A stretch of DNA of 25,447 bases. It comes from a virus. Its lineage: Duplodnaviria > Heunggongvirae > Uroviricota > Caudoviricetes. A model generated the notes under the pieces. It did no database searches, was not told the origin of the DNA, and worked only from the letters and a program-made list of their open reading frames with translations. Below are positions 1 to 8,309 of the stretch, piece by piece. Location: the IMG/VR virus record IMGVR_UViG_2734482783_000014; one strand, given 5' to 3'. How positions within the stretch are numbered: position 1 is the first letter of the stretch; the number at the start of each line of letters is the position of its first letter. A program made the translations under genes and the position numbers.

Positions 1-1062
1 TTCTCCCAAACCAAGGTATGCGAGAAGACCAGCTACATCCTTTCCACTCAAATTGGTAAGCGTATTGTCCAGCGGTTGTTTACCTGCCAGTGCATTAAGC
101 ATTGTCGTGGCAAAGTTCGGGTCATTCCCCAGCGCCGCCGCCAGTTCGTTCAGTGTATCCAGTGCCGCAGGTGCAGAACCCACCATTGCCGCAATCGCCG
201 ATTTCACAAATGCCGTGGTAGCAATCTGTGTATTGTTGACCGACTGTGCCGCTGTAGGTGCTGTTGGCGTTCCGGTAAGTGCCGGACTCGACAGCGGCGC
301 TTTCAGTGCCAGCGCATTGTTAATGGTGGTACTGAATTTCGGGTCATTGTTTATGGCTGCGGCAATTTCTTTCAGCGTGTCCAGCGTGGCTGGCGCACCA
401 TTAATCAGGGACGTCAGTGCCGCCTGAACAAACGCGGTGGTCGCAATCTGCGTGGTGTTATTCCCTGCTGCTGGCGTTGGCGCTTTGGGTGTCCCGGTAA
501 ACGTCGGACTTTCTTTGGGTGCATACTGTGAATGGGGGTCCGGTGCGGCAAGATGTTTTGCCATCAGGTCATCCACGTACACCTTCAGCTCCAGTGCCTT
601 ATCATCCACATACTTGCGGGTTGCCAGCACGACGGCAGGGTCGATTTTCAGGGTGATATTGTCCGTGCTGCTGGTAATCAGCACCATCCGTACGGTCTGG
701 GTACGCCCGCTGCCTTCAGCCAGTTGCGGCTTATAGCTTTCCGGGCAGTTGCCCACGGCAATCAATGCCCCTGACTCATCAAACAGGCCCACTTCACGTA
801 TCCACCAACCGCCCTCGTTTTCAGGGATCACCTGTTCAGCAATAATCTGGCTGCTGTTCTGCGGGTCAATATAGAGCATATTCAGCGCAGCCCGGCGTTT
901 CTCATTTACCAGTGCAGTCTGCTTTGCGTCCGGCGTTGGCAATGTTCCGCCGCCATCGCCTACCGCCATATGGGTAATTTTTAGCGGCACACCGAGCGCG
1001 GCGGCGCTGGCAAGTTTCGCCGCGCCAATATCCGTCAGCAGGGTATAAAATTTTGTGCTCAT
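1..1062 (-). CDS. H: Tail fiber protein, N-terminal ~354 codons; C-terminal part lies beyond the window start
   Basis: Minus-strand translation from ATG at 1062..1060 reads MSTKFYTLLTDIGAAKLASAAALGVPLKITHMAVGDGGG..., matching the conserved N-terminus of P2-family tail fibers as I recall it. Repeated ...GAPAxLDTLxExAAAxxNDPxF... segments follow. Start overlaps the gpI stop (ATGA). Confidence 0.85.
   Translation of the reverse strand, partial: MSTKFYTLLTDIGAAKLASAAALGVPLKITHMAVGDGGGTLPTPDAKQTALVNEKRRAALNMLYIDPQNSSQIIAEQVIPENEGGWWIREVGLFDESGALIAVGNCPESYKPQLAEGSGRTQTVRMVLITSSTDNITLKIDPAVVLATRKYVDDKALELKVYVDDLMAKHLAAPDPHSQYAPKESPTFTGTPKAPTPAAGNNTTQIATTAFVQAALTSLINGAPATLDTLKEIAAAINNDPKFSTTINNALALKAPLSSPALTGTPTAPTAAQSVNNTQIATTAFVKSAIAAMVGSAPAALDTLNELAAALGNDPNFATTMLNALAGKQPLDNTLTNLSGKDVAGLLAYLGLGE
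69..460. repeat. Internal tandem repeat inside the tail fiber gene: two ~220-bp units encoding a ~50-aa TQIATTAFV...GAPAxLDTLxExAAAxxNDPxF module
   Basis: Near-identical nucleotide stretches, e.g. gccgtggtagcaatctg (217..233) versus gcggtggtcgcaatctg (437..453), and a duplicated peptide module in the minus-strand translation. Unit boundaries are approximate. Confidence 0.5.
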
Positions 1063-1664
1063 GGATTCACTCTCACTGTGTCAATAACGTGGACTGCCCC
1101 GCCCTCATGCGCGGTGCCGCCGGAAATAATTGTTTCGTTGATATACGGATAGATCGTGATTTCTTCGCCAAGATAACTGGCTGCCCCCACCCAATGCGGG
1201 CCGCTGGTCTGCAGATTGATGGACATGCCGATCATGTGGCGGCTACATGGTTTGGCATCGCTTATCAGTCGCTCAAGTTCCAGATAGGTATCTTCAGTGA
1301 TGCCCTGGTCCTGCACGCCGATATCCAGGCGAAACGTGCCCGGAGCCTCTCCGGTCTGCCACCACTCAATAATGCGGATCAGGAATCCGAACGGTTCCAC
1401 CACCCGCCGCACGGCACTGGTGGTTCCTTTGTGCTGATGAATATAAAAAGCATCCTTCACCACCTGGCGTTTGACGCTTTCTGTCCAGCTCTCGTCCCAG
1501 CGATCCACAGAGAACGCCCAGGCGAGATAAGGCAGGAAACTGACCGGACAGGTCGCCGGATTCCACAAGTCACGCAGTGGCACCTGCAGATCAGAAATCC
1601 CGCTGCAGGTTTGCGCCAGTCGGCGCTCCAGTGGCGTTGAACCCGGTGGCAGCAGACTATTCAT
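1059..1664 (-). CDS. I: Baseplate assembly protein gpI-like
   Basis: 201-aa ORF in the P2 V-W-J-I-H order. GGAGG RBS upstream of ATG at 1664; stop overlaps the H start and the start overlaps the J stop. Confidence 0.8.
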   Translation of the reverse strand: MNSLLPPGSTPLERRLAQTCSGISDLQVPLRDLWNPATCPVSFLPYLAWAFSVDRWDESWTESVKRQVVKDAFYIHQHKGTTSAVRRVVEPFGFLIRIIEWWQTGEAPGTFRLDIGVQDQGITEDTYLELERLISDAKPCSRHMIGMSINLQTSGPHWVGAASYLGEEITIYPYINETIISGGTAHEGGAVHVIDTVRVNP

Positions 1665-2565
1665 CCGTTCCTCCGTTGGTTACGCTCCACTGCGTACATG
1701 ATGCCGCCTGTGTTTTGTTCAGGACCACATCCGCCAGCGGCGAAGCCAGCTCCACACGCTGCACACCCTCAACATGCAGTGCGGCAAAGATGGCGCTACG
1801 GCGAATATCCCGACCAAGCCTCGTCTGACTGGCGATATACTTCTGCAGGCTGGCTTTTGCCGCTGCCATTACCGGCTCGGCTTCCGGCCCCGGATAGAGA
1901 AAAATGGTGGCTTCCACGCGGTACGGGATGATTTCTGCGCTGCGAACCGTAAGACGATCAGCCACCGGGCGGACATTCTCACTGTTCAGGGCTTTCTCCA
2001 CCACATCCAGCAAATCTTTTTCTGCTGTTCCGTCGCCTTCACGGCTCAGGACAGTCAGTACCACCTCTGCAGGTGCCGGACTGGTTGCACTGGCATCCGC
2101 CACCCGACCGTCGGCGCTTCGGGCATGAAATTCATAAGCGGCAGTTGGCCCCGCAACAGAAAGCCCTTCAAAGGCTGCGGGCACACGCAGGCGTAACGCT
2201 TCATCGCTTTCCATCACAGCCGCAACGGGTGGCACAGCGTCATTATCAGCAGGCGTCACCGTCAGGCGTTTCACGTTGTAGTTGGCAGCGAGCTGGTCAA
2301 GATCGCCGCCCATCGCGTAAGCCACCATCACAGCCTGCGCGGCTTCGTTAATGCGCTGGCGCAGAAGCAACTCACGGTAAGCGTTCTCCTGCAGCAATTT
2401 GGTGACGGGTTCAGATTCCAGTTCCAGCGTGCGGATCACGGCTTCCTGCTCATCTTTCGGATGAAGTGCAACAAATTGGGCCTTGCGTTCGGCAAGCAGC
2501 GTCTCAAAGTCCGGCACATCGACAATCTGCGGCGCAGGCAACTGCGAAAGGTCAATCACTGCCAT
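1657..2565 (-). CDS. J: Baseplate protein gpJ-like
   Basis: Translation from MAVIDLSQLPAP... resembles the P2 gpJ N-terminus as recalled. ATG at 2565 has an AGGAG RBS; the longer ORF to 2604 lacks one. Confidence 0.85.
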   Translation of the reverse strand: MAVIDLSQLPAPQIVDVPDFETLLAERKAQFVALHPKDEQEAVIRTLELESEPVTKLLQENAYRELLLRQRINEAAQAVMVAYAMGGDLDQLAANYNVKRLTVTPADNDAVPPVAAVMESDEALRLRVPAAFEGLSVAGPTAAYEFHARSADGRVADASATSPAPAEVVLTVLSREGDGTAEKDLLDVVEKALNSENVRPVADRLTVRSAEIIPYRVEATIFLYPGPEAEPVMAAAKASLQKYIASQTRLGRDIRRSAIFAALHVEGVQRVELASPLADVVLNKTQAASCTQWSVTNGGTDE

Positions 2566-2911
2566 TCTCTGCTCCTGTTGATACGGAAAGGGAAACAGGC
2601 ACACCGTTATTACGCCGCCCGGTCAGCCCCACCACCATTGAACCGTCAAAATTGCTGTTAATGGTGATGGATTCCAGCGTCAGCCGTGGCTCCCAGCGAC
2701 TCAGCGCCACATACACTGCCGACATGACCTGCAGGCGTAATGCCGGATTTTGTGGCTGGTCTATCAGTGCCGACAGCAGGGAACCATATTCCCGACGGGC
2801 AATGCGGCTACCCTGCGGCGTCAGCAGAATGTCCCGCACCGACTGGCGCAGATGGTCAATATCAGTAATGGCTTTACCGCTGGTATTATTCATCCCGCTA
2901 TAAAGTGTCAT
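2552..2911 (-). CDS. W: Baseplate wedge protein gpW-like (GPW/gp25 family)
   Basis: 119-aa ORF between V and J. Start ATG at 2911 overlaps the V stop (ATGA coupling). Confidence 0.75.
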   Translation of the reverse strand: MTLYSGMNNTSGKAITDIDHLRQSVRDILLTPQGSRIARREYGSLLSALIDQPQNPALRLQVMSAVYVALSRWEPRLTLESITINSNFDGSMVVGLTGRRNNGVPVSLSVSTGAENGSD

Positions 2912-3486
2912 ACCGGGCCTCCGGTGGTATCGCCGCCTTTCAGGACGCCAGTATGCTGATGCGCATCAACCACGATCCCGTTAGAACTCATTGCACCGCC
3001 ACTCTGGGTAACACCACCATTGATCACCACTTCGCTGTTAATACGCGTGCGGTCAGCCTCCAGCACAAACTCACTGGTTTTCAGGGTGATGTTGTCGACG
3101 GCCTCAATGACCATAGATTTGATGCCCCTGACATACCAGCGCCCGGTGGCGGGTTCGTATTCAAACCAGCCACCGTCAGGATGTTCTGTCACGCAGGCGT
3201 CCGCCGACTTCGACGGTGGTGCGAACTGATTCGAATAGACAGCGGGCAGCGCAAAGGCAGTTTCAAGATTGCCTCCCAGACTCAGCAGCACCACCTGCTC
3301 ACCTTCCGATGGTCGCCACCATGTGCGGGCATTACCGGCACGCAGCGTCAGCCAACTGATCCAGTTAGTTTCAAGGTCGCCCGTTTTCACCCGGCAAAGC
3401 CAGTTTTCCCGGTCCACTTCGGTGACTACACCTGTGCGGATCAGGTTGGTGATAAGGCGCATGATTTCGGTTAGTTGTGCGTTCAT
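2908..3486 (-). CDS. V: Baseplate spike/assembly protein gpV-like
   Basis: 192-aa ORF in the expected position; Gly-rich C-terminus is typical of gpV-like spike proteins. ATG at 3486. Confidence 0.75.
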   Translation of the reverse strand: MNAQLTEIMRLITNLIRTGVVTEVDRENWLCRVKTGDLETNWISWLTLRAGNARTWWRPSEGEQVVLLSLGGNLETAFALPAVYSNQFAPPSKSADACVTEHPDGGWFEYEPATGRWYVRGIKSMVIEAVDNITLKTSEFVLEADRTRINSEVVINGGVTQSGGAMSSNGIVVDAHQHTGVLKGGDTTGGPV

Positions 3487-3589
3487 AACGTGATGATTGT
3501 TATAGACACACGAAAAAAATTCGCTATTGTTGCTTTGTATGAGAAATCACACAAAACACGGTCAATTATTGAACAAAAAAGGAATCCCA

Positions 3590-4435
3590 ATGGCTACTGT
3601 TGTTTCTTTGATAAACATGAAAGGTGGTGTAGGTAAGTCGACTCTAACTGTAAACTTAGCTTGGCACTACTCATGCTATAATAACTGGAAAAAAAACGTA
3701 CTCGTTGTTGATTTGGATCCGCAATTTAACGCAAGTCAGTACTTAATCGGCACACAAAAATATCAGCAAAATGTCATCATTGATAAAAAACCGACTGTTT
3801 GGGAAATATTTGAGCAGCATACAAGAACACCTATGGGCAAACCGAATAAAGTTGACCCTAACGATGCTATTATTCGCGCCGTAACATTTACAAATGGTTG
3901 CTATATAGATTTATTACCTTCTAGGTTAGAGCTTGCATTATCTTTAAAAAGCCCCGGACAGAAGGTTGAATTACTTCGTAAAGCATTAAAAAAAGTTGAG
4001 GACAAGTATGATCTCATAATTATTGACTGTGCCCCAACCGAATCAATATTAACAACAGCGGCGTATTTAGCTAGTGACTACATACTTGTACCAGTAAAAC
4101 CAGAGTATTTATCAACAATAGGCTTACCATTACTAGTAAATTCAATGAATGACTTTCTTGGGGAACATGAGGATTCTAACTTAAAACTTGCAGGCATTGT
4201 ATTCAATGCCTGCTCAGGATATCAACCAGAAGAAATTAAATCACAAGATAGCGTAAGAGAATTAGCAAAGAAAAATGGCTGGAATGTTTTTGATTCTGAA
4301 ATAATCTATTCAAAATCTTATCCTAAAGGAGCCAGGGAAGGAAAACCTATTTTCAGAACATCATATGCTCGCACTACTTCAGCAAATAACTTTGCTAAAT
4401 TTGCTAATGAGTTCGCTAAAACGATAGGTCTATAA
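3590..4435 (+). CDS. ParA/MinD-family deviant Walker-A ATPase (cargo gene)
   Basis: ATG at 3590 preceded by an AAGGA RBS. The N-terminus MATVVSLINMKGGVGKSTLTVNLA carries the KGGxGK[ST] deviant Walker A motif, and IIIDCAP is a Walker B-like hydrophobic-Asp segment. Markedly AT-rich compared with the flanking tail genes. Confidence 0.8.
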   Translation: MATVVSLINMKGGVGKSTLTVNLAWHYSCYNNWKKNVLVVDLDPQFNASQYLIGTQKYQQNVIIDKKPTVWEIFEQHTRTPMGKPNKVDPNDAIIRAVTFTNGCYIDLLPSRLELALSLKSPGQKVELLRKALKKVEDKYDLIIIDCAPTESILTTAAYLASDYILVPVKPEYLSTIGLPLLVNSMNDFLGEHEDSNLKLAGIVFNACSGYQPEEIKSQDSVRELAKKNGWNVFDSEIIYSKSYPKGAREGKPIFRTSYARTTSANNFAKFANEFAKTIGL

Positions 4436-4437
4436 GT

Positions 4438-4974
4438 ATGACAACTAGCTCAGAGAAAAAAACATTTACTTTGTTGAGTGAGATTTTCTCATTGATTGCA
4501 AAGTATGGAGAAGAAAACTTCTACAATGCCATATCGAAACTCAACGATCCTGAACTTGTTAAGTCATTAAATCAAGTTAAAAGTGCAGCTATCACAAGAA
4601 AGCAAAGTGTAAAGAGCAGCAAGCACATTGTATCCACATCGAAAAAACCTACCGATATGCTTAATATAGATTTGGTAAATAATATCAAAAATCATTTAAG
4701 CAACATTAGAGTTTTCAAAGAAACAAAAGATGTAAGGAGCTATCTCGAAAACCAGAAATTCGTTAACCCTGACTTATTGAACAAAAGAAGTCGCCAGCAA
4801 ATGATCAGCACATTTTGCAAGCAATGTAGCTACCTAACCACTGAGACTTTAGAGTTAGTTATAAGTGAGTTAGAGAGAAAGCCACTTCATGGTCATACTC
4901 ATAAAGATGACAGAAGCCTTGAAAATTGGTCAGATATAATATTAAAAAAAGATAATAAAGCGAACGACATTTAA
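4438..4974 (+). CDS. Hypothetical 178-aa basic protein, translationally coupled partner of the ParA-like ATPase
   Basis: Starts 2 bp after the ParA-like stop with the same AT-rich composition. Lys/Ser-rich, no recognisable motif, no ParB-like signature. Confidence 0.6.
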   Translation: MTTSSEKKTFTLLSEIFSLIAKYGEENFYNAISKLNDPELVKSLNQVKSAAITRKQSVKSSKHIVSTSKKPTDMLNIDLVNNIKNHLSNIRVFKETKDVRSYLENQKFVNPDLLNKRSRQQMISTFCKQCSYLTTETLELVISELERKPLHGHTHKDDRSLENWSDIILKKDNKANDI

Positions 4975-4981
4975 TCAACAA

Positions 4982-5014
4982 GGTCACCAGCTTATCCTTT
5001 CGAATCTGGTGACC
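4982..5014. terminator. Inverted repeat (ggtcaccag ... ctggtgacc), probable bidirectional terminator between the convergent cargo operon and gene S
   Basis: 9-bp perfect stem at 4982..4990 and 5006..5014 with a 15-nt loop, lying between two convergent stop codons. Flanking U-runs are weak. Confidence 0.4.
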
Positions 5015-5061
5015 TATTAAATAAGAAAAAAAATAAAATCCAATAGACTTTATTTTAAGAG

Positions 5062-5511
5062 TTATTTCCAGTTCAATTCTTGAATTAAAGTATCAAGCAC
5101 TATGTCGTGAACCTCTCTATTTCTACCAAGTAGTCTCCTACTTGCATATCTCACCTCCGGTCCTTTGCGACTAACGCGATCACGCAGGCCATAATGATGA
5201 ACACGGGCAATGCGCTGTACCTTACCTTCAAACTGCACGCTGGCAGAATCGGCGCTGGCGGCAGTTTTCAGGTATTTTGTGGTGCGCAGCTTTGCAAACA
5301 TCTGACGTTTGATACGGCCTTTTTTACTGCGTGCTGTTAACCGTCGCGGTTCATAGCTGCTGCCGTCAGGATTGCGCTGCATCCTGATATTCTGCTGCTG
5401 TGTCCGGCGCAGTTCCTGCGCCAGCTGGCGCATCATACGGCTTCTTGCGGCTGGCTCCAGATTCGCCAGCAAGGCACTCAGCCAGTCGTCCACTTTCTGC
5501 AGTTCAGCCAC
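5062..5511 (-). CDS. S: Tail completion protein gpS-like
   Basis: 149-aa ORF (MAELQKVDDWLSALLANLEPAARSRMMRQLAQELRRT...) of P2 gpS size and position. Start is GTG at 5511, overlapping the R stop. Confidence 0.75.
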   Translation of the reverse strand: MAELQKVDDWLSALLANLEPAARSRMMRQLAQELRRTQQQNIRMQRNPDGSSYEPRRLTARSKKGRIKRQMFAKLRTTKYLKTAASADSASVQFEGKVQRIARVHHYGLRDRVSRKGPEVRYASRRLLGRNREVHDIVLDTLIQELNWK

Positions 5512-5935
5512 GTTTCACCGTCCACATTTCTTCAGGTTCATCGGGTTCCGCTACCGCTTCAACGCTCGACACACTGCCGTCAGTACTGACCAGCACCCGC
5601 TCCGTGAGTTGCAGGTTAAGGCTGATATCACAGACATCGTTGCGCAGAATATCCACCTCAAAAGTGAATAATTTTTCCCGTAACGCCGGGTTATTGATGG
5701 CATCGGGCTGGTTATCACGCAGCCACAGCAAAACTGGGGCCATCAGCAGATTCTGGTCGCCGCTGAAATCCTCAATCACCACGTTCAGGGTGTAACGGTA
5801 CTCCCATGACATGGAGCTGGCCCCCGTGGCAACCAGCGAACCGTTATCCACAAACAGATGCAGTTTGTCCGGGTTATTGCGGACATAAGTCACCGCTTTA
5901 TTGAGTGCGTGGCGCAGGGATTGTGGTTTGTTCAC
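5504..5935 (-). CDS. R: Tail completion protein gpR-like
   Basis: ORF in the expected position. GTG at 5935 has an AGGAG RBS; the longer ORF to 5956 begins with TTG and has no RBS. Confidence 0.7.
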   Translation of the reverse strand: MNKPQSLRHALNKAVTYVRNNPDKLHLFVDNGSLVATGASSMSWEYRYTLNVVIEDFSGDQNLLMAPVLLWLRDNQPDAINNPALREKLFTFEVDILRNDVCDISLNLQLTERVLVSTDGSVSSVEAVAEPDEPEEMWTVKRG

Positions 5936-6188
5936 TGTTTCGCTCCTGACACGCAATAATCATGTCCACTTTGTCTGCACAGACCGCCCAGGCGGCCTCC
6001 GTTTCATCCAGCAATGCGTTCAGATCACCGTTAGTGCGCGGCGCTGTCTGATCCAGTCGACACGGCGTCACTCGCGGACAACCACTGACGGTAAGCTGCA
6101 CCTCCGGTGAGTGCCGGACGTTCCCGCAGCCGGATAATGTCAGCAGGCAAAGGAGTATCAGCCCAGCGGCGTAAATCCTCGTTCTCAC
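5898..6188 (-). CDS. lysC: Outer-membrane spanin lipoprotein (LysC/Rz1-like), overlapping the 3' end of lysB
   Basis: N-terminal signal peptide with lipobox LTLSGC. The ORF starts inside lysB in another frame and extends past its stop. GAGGA RBS before GTG at 6188. Confidence 0.65.
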   Translation of the reverse strand: MRTRIYAAGLILLCLLTLSGCGNVRHSPEVQLTVSGCPRVTPCRLDQTAPRTNGDLNALLDETEAAWAVCADKVDMIIACQERNSEQTTIPAPRTQ

Positions 6189-6459
6189 GTTTCAGTTCCT
6201 CAATCCGATGTTGTCGTTGTCTCAGCAGCGCGCTGGTCTGTTCTGCTTCGGCATAGAGCCGCGCCTGCTCCCGGTTATTGGTTTCAGTTAGAATGGACAG
6301 GCTGATAAGCTGGCTGTTGCTCTTTGCCAGTGCCTGGCTTTTGCTCCGCAGCTCGTCTGCCTGCGTGCTGATGGTCTGGCTGGCATCAGCCAGCCGCCAC
6401 GTCTGCCAGCCCAGCGACGCCAGTAATAACGCCAGCACAACCAGCAGCAACCGGTTCAT
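6031..6459 (-). CDS. lysB: Inner-membrane spanin (LysB/Rz-like)
   Basis: N-terminal transmembrane helix (LLLVVLALLLASLGW) followed by a coiled-coil-like, Arg/Glu-rich periplasmic domain. ATG overlaps the lysA stop. Confidence 0.65.
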   Translation of the reverse strand: MNRLLLVVLALLLASLGWQTWRLADASQTISTQADELRSKSQALAKSNSQLISLSILTETNNREQARLYAEAEQTSALLRQRQHRIEELKRENEDLRRWADTPLPADIIRLRERPALTGGAAYRQWLSASDAVSTGSDSAAH

Positions 6460-6833
6460 GCTGCTACCTGTTGCGCCATCTGGTTACGAGTGATCCAGAA
6501 GGCAATAACGGTCAGCAGATAAAATACCAGGGTAATGGCCCACCCCGTCCAGGCGAGACTTACGATAATCAGCAATCGCATAACCCAGCTGATAAATACG
6601 TTTTCTTTTCGGGTAATGCTCTTCAGCAAAGATGCCCTCAACTCCTGCCAGAGCGGGCCGTTCTTAATTAACGCAACCAGTGCTACCGGAATTGCCACCC
6701 ATGTCAGCAGACAGGCTACCCAGACACCGGACGCTGCCAGTACCGGAAAAATCCCCTGTGGATACACCATTGCTGCGATTAACAGCGCCATCCATAACAT
6801 CAGAAACAGTCCGCTGATTAATTTCTTTTTCAT
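6456..6833 (-). CDS. lysA: LysA-like multi-pass membrane protein (lysis timing)
   Basis: Start MKKKLISGLFLML... at 6833, immediately after the K stop. Several hydrophobic helices. The longer ORF to 6905 would overlap K. Confidence 0.55.
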   Translation of the reverse strand: MKKKLISGLFLMLWMALLIAAMVYPQGIFPVLAASGVWVACLLTWVAIPVALVALIKNGPLWQELRASLLKSITRKENVFISWVMRLLIIVSLAWTGWAITLVFYLLTVIAFWITRNQMAQQVAA

Positions 6834-6834
6834 T

Positions 6835-7347
6835 TCAGTTTGCTCCCTGTAAGCACCAGGCCATCTCCCGCGCACGGCGGTTATCCAGCCCCTGATTAAA
6901 CACACCTTTCACATAAACCCAACGCGGCAACTGTCGGCACGCATCTGCCCAGCGCCGCTGATAGAGTAATTTCACCAGTGTGGAACTGCAGGCATTGCCC
7001 GTTCCCACGTTGAAGGCAAACGACACCGTAGCGTCATATACCTTCTGCGGCGGCTGTTGCTTCACACACCTTTCCAGCGCCCGCTCCACACGCAGCACGT
7101 TGGAAATCAGCCCTTCTGCTGCCTGTCGTTCCGTAATGGTTTTGCCGGGAATGACGCCAGACGTGTTACCAATGCCGTCGGTCCAGACACCCGCGCTGCA
7201 CTGATACGGCTGCAGACGACAGCCTTCGTAATCGGCAATCAGTTTCAGCCCCTCCACGGAGGTGTGAAGCTGCTGAAAACCCGGCAGCGTGGTAGCAATA
7301 GCCAGCACAGCCCCGACAAGGCAGCGTTTAACGACTGATGGATTCAT
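6835..7347 (-). CDS. K: Lysozyme (T4-lysozyme-like GH24 fold) with an N-terminal hydrophobic, possibly signal-anchor-release, segment
   Basis: Motif LIADYEGCRLQPYQCSAGVWTDGIGNT fits the Glu...Asp...Thr catalytic pattern of this fold. N-terminus VVKRCLVGAVLAIATTLPG is hydrophobic. Strong GGGAGG RBS before ATG at 7347. Confidence 0.8.
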   Translation of the reverse strand: MNPSVVKRCLVGAVLAIATTLPGFQQLHTSVEGLKLIADYEGCRLQPYQCSAGVWTDGIGNTSGVIPGKTITERQAAEGLISNVLRVERALERCVKQQPPQKVYDATVSFAFNVGTGNACSSTLVKLLYQRRWADACRQLPRWVYVKGVFNQGLDNRRAREMAWCLQGAN

Positions 7348-7543
7348 AGTCCTCCCGCGAGATCTGCCCGTCGCGCAGAAGCTGGTAGGCTTTGTGTTTG
7401 TAGTACCAGTTGATAGCCAGCATCAGCACACCAATCATCAGGCCGCCCAGCGTTGAGGCATCCTTGATGGACAAATCGCCCAGCCAGGCCAGCACGACGG
7501 CGATGCAATACGTGATAAAGGCGCTGATTCGCTCAAGCGTCAT
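7328..7543 (-). CDS. Y: Small two-TM holin (pinholin-like)
   Basis: 71-aa protein with two hydrophobic helices and a charged C-terminus (RDGQISREDYESISR), directly upstream of the lysozyme. Confidence 0.6.
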   Translation of the reverse strand: MTLERISAFITYCIAVVLAWLGDLSIKDASTLGGLMIGVLMLAINWYYKHKAYQLLRDGQISREDYESISR

Positions 7544-7546
7544 AAT

Positions 7547-7750
7547 TCAGTCCCATAGCTGGACGGTCTGCACGGTGGTGGTGGTCGGAATGTCCGGCAA
7601 CTCCACCTGCAGCCCGTGAGGTAAAAAGGGGCCGTATTCGGCAAGCCCCGGATTTGCCTTCAGTACCTGCTCCGTGACACCCTGCGTGCGCCCGTAATGA
7701 CGCCAGCAAAGCGCGTCCACCGTGTCATACTGATGCGCACGCACTTTCAT
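7547..7750 (-). CDS. X: Tail protein X-like (67 aa)
   Basis: Size and position match P2 gpX. ATG at 7750 overlaps the L stop (ATGA). Confidence 0.75.
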   Translation of the reverse strand: MKVRAHQYDTVDALCWRHYGRTQGVTEQVLKANPGLAEYGPFLPHGLQVELPDIPTTTTVQTVQLWD

Positions 7751-8214
7751 CAGATAAGCTCCACTGTGCAGTGCGGCGCATCCTGTACCCGGCTGATGGC
7801 CCAGCGGGCGTCACGCCATAAATCACCGCTGGCTTCCGCCAGCTCCTCGCCCCGCTTCACACCGGATGCCGTGGCGTCATAGTCCTGGTAACGTTCGTTG
7901 AGCATGGCGCGTGCCCAGCAGTAAACCGCGTTGAAATAGTGCTGAATGCGCTCACTTTTCCCATCCAGCTGTTCTGCCGGAACCTCTGCCAGCGAGGCAT
8001 ATCCCAGCATCTGCTGGCGTCTGCGAAACTCATACAGCTCTGCGTTGACCTCCGAAATTGCCGACAGCGCAACCTGCTTTAAACGCGGCTGCGTCACCGT
8101 GCCGTCAGTGCGCATCACACTGCGAAACTCCGACAGGTCCACATCAGGCCAGAACGGCGTATTTCTGATGATTTCCGCCTGTTCCGGTGCCTGTTCTGGC
8201 GCAACAAACTTCAT
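7750..8214 (-). CDS. L: Head completion/stabilisation protein gpL-like
   Basis: ATG at 8214 has an AGGAGA RBS; the longer ORF to 8277 would begin with GTG and no RBS. Position between M and X. Confidence 0.7.
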   Translation of the reverse strand: MKFVAPEQAPEQAEIIRNTPFWPDVDLSEFRSVMRTDGTVTQPRLKQVALSAISEVNAELYEFRRRQQMLGYASLAEVPAEQLDGKSERIQHYFNAVYCWARAMLNERYQDYDATASGVKRGEELAEASGDLWRDARWAISRVQDAPHCTVELI

Positions 8215-8309
8215 GCTGCTTTCTCCTGAAATAGAGGGCGGTGGACGGGGTTTTGATGTGGCTGTGCCTTTCGCCACCCCGTGCCGCCCGTGCGCGGGGG
8301 CACGTTCTG

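Noticed and set aside
53-774. Plus-strand ORFs (124, 151, 99 and 80 aa) at the window start
   Set aside because: They lie antisense to or out of frame with the tail fiber gene, whose minus-strand translation is clearly the real protein. Their low-complexity Ala/Ser/Arg/Cys-rich translations are artefacts of the GC-rich repeat sequence.
3536-3553. TGT-N12-ACA dyad (TGTatgagaaatcacACA) upstream of V, a possible late activator site
   Set aside because: Centred only ~58 bp from the V start codon, leaving no room for a -55 site plus a leader. The motif is expected several times by chance in 25 kb.
3590-4974. ParA-like cassette as evidence for a phage-plasmid lifestyle
   Set aside because: The element carries a complete tyrosine integrase and 186-type immunity region, the partner protein shows no ParB features, and no centromere-like repeat array was seen beside the cassette.
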